Assembly: GCA_963699585.1 (NCBI GenBank)
Contig: CAVOUK010000002.1
Span: forward strand, 264,811-328,810
Length of the DNA stretch: 64,000 nt
Direction: 5' to 3'
Origin: Thermodesulfovibrionia bacterium
Lineage (GTDB): Bacteria > Nitrospirota > Thermodesulfovibrionia > UBA6902
The position numbers and the translations under genes were made by a program. Position 1 is the first letter of the stretch. Each line of letters opens with the position of its first letter. This document shows, in pieces, positions 7,916 to 16,381 of the stretch. The notes beneath the pieces are model-generated. The model made no database searches. It was not told the origin of the DNA and was given only the letters and a program-made list of their open reading frames with translations.

Positions 7916-8467
7916 CTATATTTGTATGAACTTTAATGCCGCGCCGATAAGTGCGGCCTGTTCTTTGCTCATCTCGCCCAAACTGTCACGACGTTCCGTC
8001 ATGCGCCGGAAGCGAGTGAAGTCTGTCGGCAAACCTTCGGTGTCCACAAGATAAGCAATTTTCTGGATGATCACCCTGATGTCTTCCGGATGTTTTATCC
8101 GGCCTTTTATCTTGGGGAAATATTTCATTCTCATCCGGCCTCTGGAGCTGTCGAATTCGATATCTGTCACCCGGTGCATCGCGAGAATAACGTAATCACC
8201 GAGCGATTGCCAGAAGATCTCATCGTGATATTTCCAGGACGGGAGGTAAAAGCGCAATAAGGCAGGCTGTTTTTTCCCGCTTGGCGAGATGCTCTTATAA
8301 AGAACGACGGGGAAATTATCTGCCTCTTGATCATCGATCTTTTCGAGCTTTTCAAATAAATTGATTCTTTGCTGCTTACGATAAAGTTTATCGATCTGAT
8401 CTAAAACGCCGCCCTGTCCAATGCCGTCCTGAACTTTCTTGAGTACCGTTGTTATGGTGTTTGTCAT
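7916..8467 (-). CDS. hypothetical protein (183 aa, no family recognised)
   Basis: Long ORF in the same orientation and closely spaced between corA and the GGDEF gene. I see no recognisable motifs. Confidence 0.5.
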   Translation of the reverse strand: MTNTITTVLKKVQDGIGQGGVLDQIDKLYRKQQRINLFEKLEKIDDQEADNFPVVLYKSISPSGKKQPALLRFYLPSWKYHDEIFWQSLGDYVILAMHRVTDIEFDSSRGRMRMKYFPKIKGRIKHPEDIRVIIQKIAYLVDTEGLPTDFTRFRRMTERRDSLGEMSKEQAALIGAALKFIQI

Positions 8468-8516
8468 TGTTCGACTCCTTAATATTATTCCTAACTGAAG
8501 AAATCCGCTTATCCCC

Positions 8517-9495
8517 CTATATCCAACTCAATCGCCTGAAAATAAAAAACATGCACAGCACCTGCAGTATCGAAGCGGCCATGATGACAATAAAGGTCGT
8601 ATAGGTACCGAGGAACATCCATGGGTTATCTACCCCGCCGGGCAAGATGAACATTCATACCGTAAAGGGTCCCTATAAGGGTCACGGGGATGGAGAAGGT
8701 AAACAGGAGCGTCAGGACGGTAAGTATCTTGTTGGTCCTGTCGGAGCTTATGATCACGTCTGTCTCCTTGTAGATATCGAGTGTTTCCCTGCATTCTTCA
8801 AGTGTGGTCCAGACCTTGTCTATGTAATCAGCAAGGTCGCTGAAATAGTCCCCCATGTCCTCACCGGTAAAACGCTTTATTTTTTTTTCAAGCTCATAGA
8901 TGACCCGCTTAAGCGGGAAAACCGTTCGTCTGAAATTGGCGATATTATGGCGCAGGCCCGTCACCTCTCTGACCGCGCTGACATGCTCATCAAAGACCGC
9001 TTCTTCAATATCTCCAATCGTGCTAAGTATCTTTGAAGCCATGACAAGCAGGTTCTCGGACAGACTGTAAATAATCTCATAAAGCAGACTTGCAGGCGAT
9101 GACAAACCGTCAGCAAGCTGAGTCTTCCCGTTCCGTGACGTATCAGGGCGGTTGCCTTTACAGTACAAATTAAAGAGATTTTGCAGCGGCTTCAGCTCTC
9201 CGTTATGCACGGTCACAAGAAAATCCTTTCCCACGAAGACCGAGAGCTGTGTGGGGATGGAATATTTCTTTTCCTTAACGTAACGGGGGAAATGCAGAAT
9301 GATGAAGAGATAGTCATGATATTCATCGATCTTCGGGATCTGGTTTTTTGAAAGACAATCCTCAAGATTGAGGTCATTGAATGGGTGGATCGTTTTCAGG
9401 GAATTTACAAGCTCGGTTTCAGGAGCATCTATATTGATCCAGGTGAAATGACCGGCGTCAACTCTGTATGTAGCAAGAAGCTCGCTTTTGATCAT
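8517..9495 (-). CDS. corA: CorA-family Mg2+/Co2+ channel, frameshifted near 8640
   Basis: ORF 8626-9495 ends ...TLIGTLYGMNV. The expected continuation LPGGVDNPWMFLGTYTTFIVIMAASILQVLCMFFIFRRLSWI* is in the -1 frame and ends at 8517. The start overlaps the metK-like stop (ATGA). Confidence 0.8.
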
Positions 9496-10700
9496 TGTGC
9501 ATCATCCCTGAGCTCCGCAGCCTTATCCGTCAGCTCCCAGGGTAGTCCTATATCCATTCTGCCCACGTGCCCATAGGCGCTGAGTTTTCTGTAGAATCCT
9601 CCCTTAATAGTAGATGGAAGGTATCTGAGGTTAAACCGTTTGAGAATCCCTGCGAGACGAAAATCAAAATGTCTCCCGATGAGTTCGGCGATCTTATCAT
9701 CCGGTATCCTGCCGGTGCCGAAGGTCTCGACCTGAATGCTGACCGGTCGTGCATGTCCTATCGAATAGCTGAGCTGAACCTCACATTCATGAGCAAGTCC
9801 GGCTGCTACTGCATTTTTGGCCGCATATCGCGCTGCGTATGCGCCTACCCGGTCGATCCTCACAGGGTCCTTTCCGCTGAGAGCGGCGCCGCTGTGGCGT
9901 GAATATTCTCCATAGGTGTCTATGGCGTTTTTTCGCCCGGTGAGTCCGGAATGGACAGAAGGCCCGCCGACGATGAAGGGACCGTCAGGATTAATGAAAA
10001 TCCCTGTCCTCTCATCAGGCCTTATTTCTTCATCCTGGAATGCCGGGGTGATTATGTTGTCAATAATGTCGTCCCGTAGCTGTTGAAGATCAGGCCCTCC
10101 TTTGGCAACCGGCTTAAGCTGGGATGCTATGACCGTAACGCTGTGGATCCTGCGCGGCCTGTTGTCCACATATTCAACACCGACCTGTGTCTTGCCGTCA
10201 GGCATGAGGTATGGGAGAATTTTCTGAATTCTCACCGACGACAGCTTTCTTGAAAGCTTATGCGCAAGCCATAACGGAAGCGGCATAAATGAGGCTGTCT
10301 GATTGCATGCATAACCGAAGAGCGTCACCTGGTTTCTGACCGGGATGCGCTCCATCTCCTCATCGGAGAGTTTCCGCTCGTCGAAATTACGCTCATTGTT
10401 CAGCGGTAGTTCTTTAAGGCTTGTAATGATGCTGCATGTCTTGCTGTTGAAATCCTTCTGATCGTATCCTATCTGGTTGATAACATTGCGCGCTACGTTT
10501 GAGAAGTCTACATATGCGGCTGATGAAAACCTGGCAGCGATAAAAAGTATGGCTGTCGAGACAGCGCATTCTGCTATGACCGATGAAAAAGGGTCCTGCT
10601 GGAGAAAATGATCGACGATCGCATCGCTGATCTGATCGCACAGCTTATCAGGATGCCCTTCTGTAACCGACTCTGAGGAAAAAATGAAGTCCTTTTTCAT
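9492..10700 (-). CDS. divergent S-adenosylmethionine synthetase (MetK)-like protein
   Basis: SESVTEGHPDKLCDQISD, LMPDGKTQV, GLTGRK, DTYG...SGKDP.RIDR and AYAARY are all present. GAGDQG, GGEI and GGP.GD.G are replaced (see finding). Confidence 0.8.
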   Translation of the reverse strand: MKKDFIFSSESVTEGHPDKLCDQISDAIVDHFLQQDPFSSVIAECAVSTAILFIAARFSSAAYVDFSNVARNVINQIGYDQKDFNSKTCSIITSLKELPLNNERNFDERKLSDEEMERIPVRNQVTLFGYACNQTASFMPLPLWLAHKLSRKLSSVRIQKILPYLMPDGKTQVGVEYVDNRPRRIHSVTVIASQLKPVAKGGPDLQQLRDDIIDNIITPAFQDEEIRPDERTGIFINPDGPFIVGGPSVHSGLTGRKNAIDTYGEYSRHSGAALSGKDPVRIDRVGAYAARYAAKNAVAAGLAHECEVQLSYSIGHARPVSIQVETFGTGRIPDDKIAELIGRHFDFRLAGILKRFNLRYLPSTIKGGFYRKLSAYGHVGRMDIGLPWELTDKAAELRDDAQ

Positions 10701-13482
10701 GCCACTGCCTCCTTTGCGCTTTCATGCTGACATTGTTGATGTTACCGGCTTCAGTGTCCTTGAGCAGCATCTTTTGCGGTCTCTTCGTGGCCTCGTTAAT
10801 AAGGAGAGGCGTTACTGCTGTGCCTCCGACCACAAGCCAGTCGGCAAGACCAAGAGGCGTGAGACCAAGCAGGTTTCGCAGGCCGGGCACAACCATTGCC
10901 AGTCCCTGTAATCCTGCAGAGCCTGCAAGCGCGGCGTCGAGATAACGGTTCGGCGGTAGGGGCGTACGCCGTTCGCCCTTACTTTGTCATATATGCTGTG
11001 CTTTTCAGAACGGCAGCTTAAGGCATGGAGTATCTGTCCGAAGGTTAGGCTCATAAATGCCATAGTGCCTGCCTGTGCTCCCATGCCATATCTCATGATC
11101 CCGTAGCCGTAGGCCCCCAATGAGCCTGCTGAGAGCATCGCTGACTTCAAAGGCGATCCGTTTGAAGTCATCCTTCCTGACAATCGGCTCATCAGGATTT
11201 CTCGGAGGCATGCTGAGCACATCAGGTTCAGGCGGTTCAAGCGCAAGCGCCAGTCCCGGCGCTATGTCCGAGATGAGGTTGATCCAGAGGAGCTGCATGG
11301 CAGTAAGGGGCTGTCCCATACCGGTTGATATGGCCCCGAACATGACCATGATCTCGCTCAGGTTCGTTGCAAGGAGAAAGTGGACCGATTTACGGATATT
11401 GTTATAGATCGTTCTTCCCTGACTGATTGCAATTATCATAGTCTCGAGGTTGTCGTCTTCGATAACGACATCCGCAACTTCACGTGCCACATCCGTGCCG
11501 GTGTGCCCCATCGCAATACCGATGTCAGCTGCCTTAAGCGCCGGCCCGTCATTGATCCCGTCCCCTGTCATTGCCACAACCCTTCCTGAGGACTGAAGCG
11601 ACTGGACGATCTGGAGCTTATTGGCAGGGCTAACGCGCGCAAATACATGCACCTTTTCAGCCAGCGCCTTCAAGACATCCGGATCGAGGCTGTTCAGGTG
11701 TGTTGAGTCGAGTATTTCGAGCTGCCCGTCTTTGCTGAGGTTCAGTTCTTTGCCGATGGAGTAAGCGGTCGGTCCCTGGTCTCCGGTGATCATGACTGTA
11801 TCAATTCCCGCAACATGATACATGCCTATAAGTTCCTTTACACCGTTTCTTACAGGGTCCATCATTCCGGAAAGACCGAGCCAGACAAAATGCATGGTAT
11901 CGAGTGAGTTATCAGAGGTATCCGGCGTGTCTGACAATTCATTCAATTCATCGGAATATGCATAGGCAAATCCAAGCACCCGTAAGGCTTCTCCGGCCAT
12001 ACGCTCATTTTCGATCTGTATTGCTTCCCTGCTTTCCGCCGTGAGAGGGAGTTTTTGACCGTCCTGCATGTGCCATATACAGATCGACAGGACATCCTCA
12101 GGACTGCCTTTTAAAGCGAATATGGCTGCCCTGCGGTCGTGTGAGGCATTAGGATTAATATCGTGAACAGTTAACATAATATTGCTGTTTTCAGACCTGT
12201 GTCGTATCGTCCTGAGAGGGAATTTGTTCCGGAGTTCAGGCACGTGAACACCCGTGCTTATCGCCACCTGAAGAAGGGCATTCTCGGTTGACGAGCCTCG
12301 GAGTAATAATTCTCCGTTTTCGCTGGAGACGTCGCTTTCATTGCAGAGACATGAAATATGAATGAGTTTCAGCAGTTCATCGCACTCATATGGGTTAATA
12401 TCAGAGGCATCGTTTCGGAATCTCCCTTCAGAGACCTTTAGCCTCTTCATCCCGACGAACATGGAGATAACAGTCATTTTGTTCAGGGTAATGGTCCCGG
12501 TCTTGTCAAGACAGATGGTCTGCACCGAACCGAGAGTTTCTACTGCGTCAAGGTGACGGATAAGTACGTTGTGTTTTCTCATGTTCCTGATGCCGAGCGC
12601 CAGTGTTGTGGTAGCTACCATCGGCAACCCCTCGGGTACTGCGGCAACAGCAAGAGCTATAGAGGTCTTCAGCATCTGGAGAAAGCCATAGCCTCTCAGC
12701 AGTCCTATCAGAAAGACGAGACCACACACGGCTCCGCTTATATAAACAAGCTGAGTGCCCATTTTGTCAAGCTGCCGTTCCATCGGTGTTTCAGGAGGAC
12801 GCGCGGTTCCTACGAGCGTCTGTATTTTGCCGATCTCCGTAAATTTACCGGTTGACGTTACAACTGCAAGTCCCTGTCCCCCGGTCACGAGCGTGCCCAT
12901 ATAGACCATATTCGTCCTGTCCGCAAGCGGGATATCACCTTCAGTAAGCGTCTGAGAGCTTTTTATGACCGGCATGCTCTCACCGGTAAGCGCTGATTCA
13001 TCAACGCTCAGATGATGAGATTCGATCAGCCGCGCGTCCGCTGCTATGTAACTTCCCGGTTTCAGGAGAAGAATATCACCGGGAACTATACTCTCGGCAG
13101 ATAAATTATTAAGCACTCCGTCTCTTATGCATAAAGCAGACGGCCTCACAAGATTTTTTAGAGAATGGATGGTCTTTTCCGCCTGTGTCTCCGTTGTATA
13201 GCCTATGACCCCGTTAATGACGACCACTCCGGCAATCACGACCGCATCGGCGATGCCTCCCGTTGCTATGGAGACTGCTGCCGCAACGCCAAGAAGGGCG
13301 ACAGGAAGGGATTTAAACTGGTCAAAAAAAATGCTGAGTCCGGAACGGGGGACGGATTCGGGGAGCAGATTTGGCCCGAATTTCTTTAATCGCTCAGACG
13401 CGGTGTTTCCTGAAAGCCCCGCTGCCGGCAGCACACCCGCAGAATCAAGCGCTTCACCGGCGCTTTTCAGATGCCATTGCAC
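10648..13482 (-). CDS. P2-type (SERCA/PacL-like, Ca2+-type) cation-transporting P-type ATPase, C-terminal part frameshifted twice
   Basis: LTGES, VPEGLP, ICLDKTGTIT, KGSPE, MMDPVR, MITGD and MTGDGINDGPALKAADIGIAMG are present. The C-terminal TM region continues in ORFs 10812-11246 and 10648-10896, with shifts near 11135 and near 10970. Confidence 0.85.
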
Positions 13483-13880
13483 CTGAGGCTGGTCTTCAGC
13501 ATGGATGACGCTCTTGCGGACCTGGCGACGGCTCTTATTGAGTTTCCTGTCTGGCTCAGTATGACTTCCTGCTGATCTAATGACCGATGTAGATCAGGCT
13601 GCCGGGTTTTTGTTGTGAGCGAGGTACTCTCGGGCGTATGATTATTGCCGTTATATTCTTTTACCGCGGCCTCAATGACCCTGCTTATTATTTCAGCGGT
13701 ATTGCCTGAGTTGAAATTGACAATAACGCTTCCGGTCAGGACATTTGCGGAAAAGCCTGTTATGCCAGGATGAAGACTCAGCGCCTCTTCAATTTTTATC
13801 CTGAGCGGATCTGTTCTGTAAAGCCCTTCAACTTTTAACCGTACCCGGCCTTTTACTGAATTGTGAACGGTATGAACCAC
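13467..13880 (-). CDS. HMA-like 'GRxRxK' small protein b (may originally be an N-terminal domain of the ATPase)
   Basis: VKGRVRLKVEGLYRTDPLRIKIEEALSLHPGITGFSANVLTGSVIVNFN. It overlaps the GTG start of the ATPase. The ATPase frame is open for another roughly 40 codons upstream. Confidence 0.65.
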   Translation of the reverse strand: MVHTVHNSVKGRVRLKVEGLYRTDPLRIKIEEALSLHPGITGFSANVLTGSVIVNFNSGNTAEIISRVIEAAVKEYNGNNHTPESTSLTTKTRQPDLHRSLDQQEVILSQTGNSIRAVARSARASSMLKTSLRCNGI

Positions 13881-13908
13881 ACTATTTATCCTGGAAAAAT
13901 TATTTGGA

Positions 13909-14026
13909 CGCAGATGAACGCTGATAACTGCCGATACAACAAAACGTTATAGTTATTTTATCCTTCACCTTTCCGGTGAAGGATAAATTTATTTTAACTT
14001 CTAAAAAGATCCGCGTTAATCTGCGG
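13909..14026. repeat. degenerate member of the CGCAGAT/ATCTGCG inverted-repeat family flanking a hairpin
   Basis: GACGCAGATGAACG (13908-13921) against CGTTAATCTGCGG (14014-14026). It encloses the perfect hairpin at 13958-13986. Confidence 0.4.
13958..13986. terminator. perfect 12-bp stem / 5-nt loop hairpin between the copy-B repeat-protein gene and the ATPase operon
   Basis: TTATCCTTCACC-tttcc-GGTGAAGGATAA. The U-tract is better on the + strand, while both neighbouring genes are on the - strand, so its function is uncertain. Confidence 0.4.
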
Positions 14027-14048
14027 CTAACTGCCGTTTTTAGATTTA

Positions 14049-14726
14049 TTAACCCCGTTTGCTACTTGTCTTGGTTTTAACCTCCACAGGGGCGGCCTTC
14101 TTTGTGGTTGCGGCTGTTTCAGTCCGTCGCGGTTTTGGGAGCGCAACGTTTGCAACATCCTTAACTCCCTCAACCACGCCTACAAGCATATCCCTGACAG
14201 ATTGTACTGCAGTGGTACCTATTGTGCCTGCTGCTTCCATAGCGCCGTTTACCGCCGATATCGCGACATCACCCGCATTGCCGCCGACTTCCTTGCTTGC
14301 TTCGATTACGCCGTCAACTGCCCTCCGAGCAACAAGGGCCACATCTGCGCCTATATCTGCGGCCCCCTTTACAGCGCCTTTTACTGTCTGACTGGAAACG
14401 GTAATTATGTCTCCTCCGACGTCACTTACGCCCATGACTATTCCCTTTGCAACGCTTTTGGTGCTCAGGATGAGCCCTGTGCCAACTTCTTCAGTTGCCT
14501 GAATAGCGCCCTTTACAACATCTCTTGTGATGTTGACGCTCTCTGTTGCTACCTCACCCGTTGCGCGGAGCGCATTGGATACAGTGCTCCGAACAAGCGT
14601 TACGATCTCAGCCTCGATCTCATTGATCCCTTTAAGGCTGCTGATGACGCCGTCTTTGACAGTGGAACCAGCCCTGCCGATACCTTCCTGAAAACCCTCT
14701 CCGCTCATCACTTGCTCATTCGTCAT
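14049..14726 (-). CDS. 22-residue-repeat protein, copy B (with Lys/Thr-rich C-terminal tail)
   Basis: GGAGG RBS. 225 aa. Same repeat register as copy A (TRDVVKGAIQATEEVGTGLILS / TKSVAKGIVMGVSDVGGDIITV / ...). Roughly 60% identical to copy A by eye. Confidence 0.8.
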   Translation of the reverse strand: MTNEQVMSGEGFQEGIGRAGSTVKDGVISSLKGINEIEAEIVTLVRSTVSNALRATGEVATESVNITRDVVKGAIQATEEVGTGLILSTKSVAKGIVMGVSDVGGDIITVSSQTVKGAVKGAADIGADVALVARRAVDGVIEASKEVGGNAGDVAISAVNGAMEAAGTIGTTAVQSVRDMLVGVVEGVKDVANVALPKPRRTETAATTKKAAPVEVKTKTSSKRG

Positions 14727-14804
14727 AATAGACCTCCTTTTTTCGGTTTGAAATAAATGTAGCGCTTGTGTAAATGAAATTGTTTAGTAATATGATAAAG
14801 AAAC

Positions 14805-14815
14805 AGCGTTACATG
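14805..14815 (-). promoter_or_regulatory. CATGTAACGCT motif upstream of the copy-B repeat-protein gene
   Basis: The reverse complement of AGCGTTACATG reads CATGTAACGCT on the coding strand, about 80-90 nt upstream of ATG 14726. A TATCATATT -10-like box follows; the same 9-mer lies upstream of copy A at about 1697-1705. Confidence 0.25.
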
Positions 14816-14846
14816 AGCGCGACATCCGGGTTAAATTATTATTAAA

Positions 14847-15326
14847 TCATTCCGGCTGCTTATTGTCAGAATTCGATTTAAGGAAAATATTAAGGGCATA
14901 CCATCCGGCTGCGTACCAGGGGATTGCAGCGACATTCCCCCTCCATACCTGGTATATGCCTGCACCAATGAGCGCAAGAACCGCAGCCCCGCCGACATCC
15001 AGTTCGTTCCCTGTAATATCACGTATGGCGACGTTTGCTTCCTTGAATGCATCGTTGACCCTCCGGTGGAGATGTGTACGGGTGTACCGGGGGCCTGCAA
15101 ATGTTAGAAGCTTATTTGTTTTTATCGTTTCAACAATGCTGACGGGATCATGTGAATGATGGATCAATATGCTGCCCGTAAGCTCGCTGATCTCAACTTT
15201 ATTTACTCCTTCAATGCCGGATATCTCATTTAAAAGAAGAGTAAGAAAGTTTATGTCCTTTCTTTTTGAAGGGACCTTGATCCTGATTCGTGAACCTGTT
15301 TGATGGCTGACAAAGGCAACCGGCAT
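14847..15326 (-). CDS. HMA-like 'GRxRxK' small protein c, with C-terminal transmembrane region
   Basis: MPVAFVSHQTGSRIRIKVPSKRKD...EISELTGSILIHH. The C-terminus DVGGAAVLALIGAGIYQVW...IPWYAAGWYALNIFL suggests two TM segments. The ATG lies 1 nt after the upstream stop. Confidence 0.65.
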   Translation of the reverse strand: MPVAFVSHQTGSRIRIKVPSKRKDINFLTLLLNEISGIEGVNKVEISELTGSILIHHSHDPVSIVETIKTNKLLTFAGPRYTRTHLHRRVNDAFKEANVAIRDITGNELDVGGAAVLALIGAGIYQVWRGNVAAIPWYAAGWYALNIFLKSNSDNKQPE

Positions 15327-15327
15327 G

Positions 15328-15618
15328 TCATGCCCCCGCTTCTCCCTCAGGAGCTGGGGCATGCGCAGTTTCGTTATGCGCTTCAGCCATTTCAGCTTTG
15401 GCCTCCGCGACGACATCTTCAGCGACTTCACTCAGCTCAGCAAAAGTCTCTTTCCCCTTCTCATAAAGTACAAGACCGCCCTTGATGGCTGATTTGAGCA
15501 GAGGCTTTGCCACTCCTGCCAGTGCAGGGAGCACTACCGGAGCTAATATCGCACCGCCGATACCGATTGCGAGACCTGTCAACAAATTGCCTTTTAAACC
15601 ATTATCGAATAATCCCAT
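15328..15618 (-). CDS. DUF5132-like small membrane protein
   Basis: GGAGG RBS before ATG 15618. MGLFDNGLKGNLLTGLAIGIGGAILAPVVLPALAGVAKPLLKSAIKGGLVLYEKGKETFAELSEVAEDVVAEAKAEM matches my recollection of the DUF5132 pattern. Confidence 0.5.
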   Translation of the reverse strand: MGLFDNGLKGNLLTGLAIGIGGAILAPVVLPALAGVAKPLLKSAIKGGLVLYEKGKETFAELSEVAEDVVAEAKAEMAEAHNETAHAPAPEGEAGA

Positions 15619-15798
15619 AACGCCTCCAATTGTTCTTGTGTATTGATAGCATGAGTTTAACACCGTCAAAACAGCGTGTCCATGGGATCTTTCATTACCT
15701 GCCTACTTTTCACTGAAATGTAATACTACTGTTATAACGGTGTAACAATAAACTTGCTAACGTATTGATAACGCACAAATATCAGGAGGTGGATAATT

Positions 15799-16063
15799 AT
15801 GATTTTTTACACCGTCAAACATCACATACGTGGAAGAATTAGAGTACAAATACCTCTGATTAAAACGATGACTCTGACAGAACTGAAAGCCCTGGCGGAG
15901 AAAATATTTGCTGAACGACCGGCCTGAAGGCATAAAATACATCAGGGCAAACCCGCTGACCGGCAGCGTCACCATAACGTATGATCCGTCCACGATAGAT
16001 ATTAAAGCATATATAAGAGACCTGGCATCGAGCGAAGAAATACAGCGTCTCACTCTGCAGTAG
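15799..16063 (+). CDS. HMA-like 'GRxRxK' small protein d, frameshifted near 15920
   Basis: AGGAGG RBS. MIFYTVKHHIRGRIRVQIPLIK...AEKIFAE, then a +1 frame gives PEGIKYIRANPLTGSVTITYDPSTIDIKAYIRDL...*. It is not in the ORF track because both halves are under 60 aa. Confidence 0.55.
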
Positions 16064-16381
16064 AGCAAAAATAGGTCGTATTAAAAAAGACGGAAGTCTG
16101 TTCATTGCGGATGCATACGTATAATTTCATCTGAAATTAATATGATTTTAATATTGTTTTAATATTCTTCTGATATCTTAATATCAAGAACATCTTATCC
16201 GAACGCTAGATAATAGAGTCTGTTTATAAGGTTGGATATTAAAAGCATGTAATAGTGAACCGTTAATCTTTTTATTAAGAAAGATTCTGATACCCAAACA
16301 TCGGACACAGGCAAGCCGGAAGGACAGACAGAATACTTTAATAAGAATAAACCACATAAAACATTAATAAGTTCAGGAGGC

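Noticed and set aside
1417-16063. Possibility that the island is a magnetosome gene cluster, given the CDF transporter, acidic proteins elsewhere and a Nitrospirota-like feel.
   Set aside because: I can recognise no MamK, MamA, MamE/O/P, MamI/Q or Mad-type genes. A single atypical CDF is insufficient evidence.
1417-16063. Calling the island a ferrosome (fez) cluster outright.
   Set aside because: The ATPase has PEGLP and other P2 motifs, not the P1B-6 type that defines fez clusters as I recall them. I offer only an architectural analogy.
16130-16200. Reiterated TTAATAT(T) words in the spacer after HMA-like gene d, also seen near 3251, 8481 and 16723, considered as operator sites.
   Set aside because: It is a palindromic AT-only 8-mer in AT-rich intergenic DNA. 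The chance expectation is too high to support a regulatory call without genome-wide statistics.
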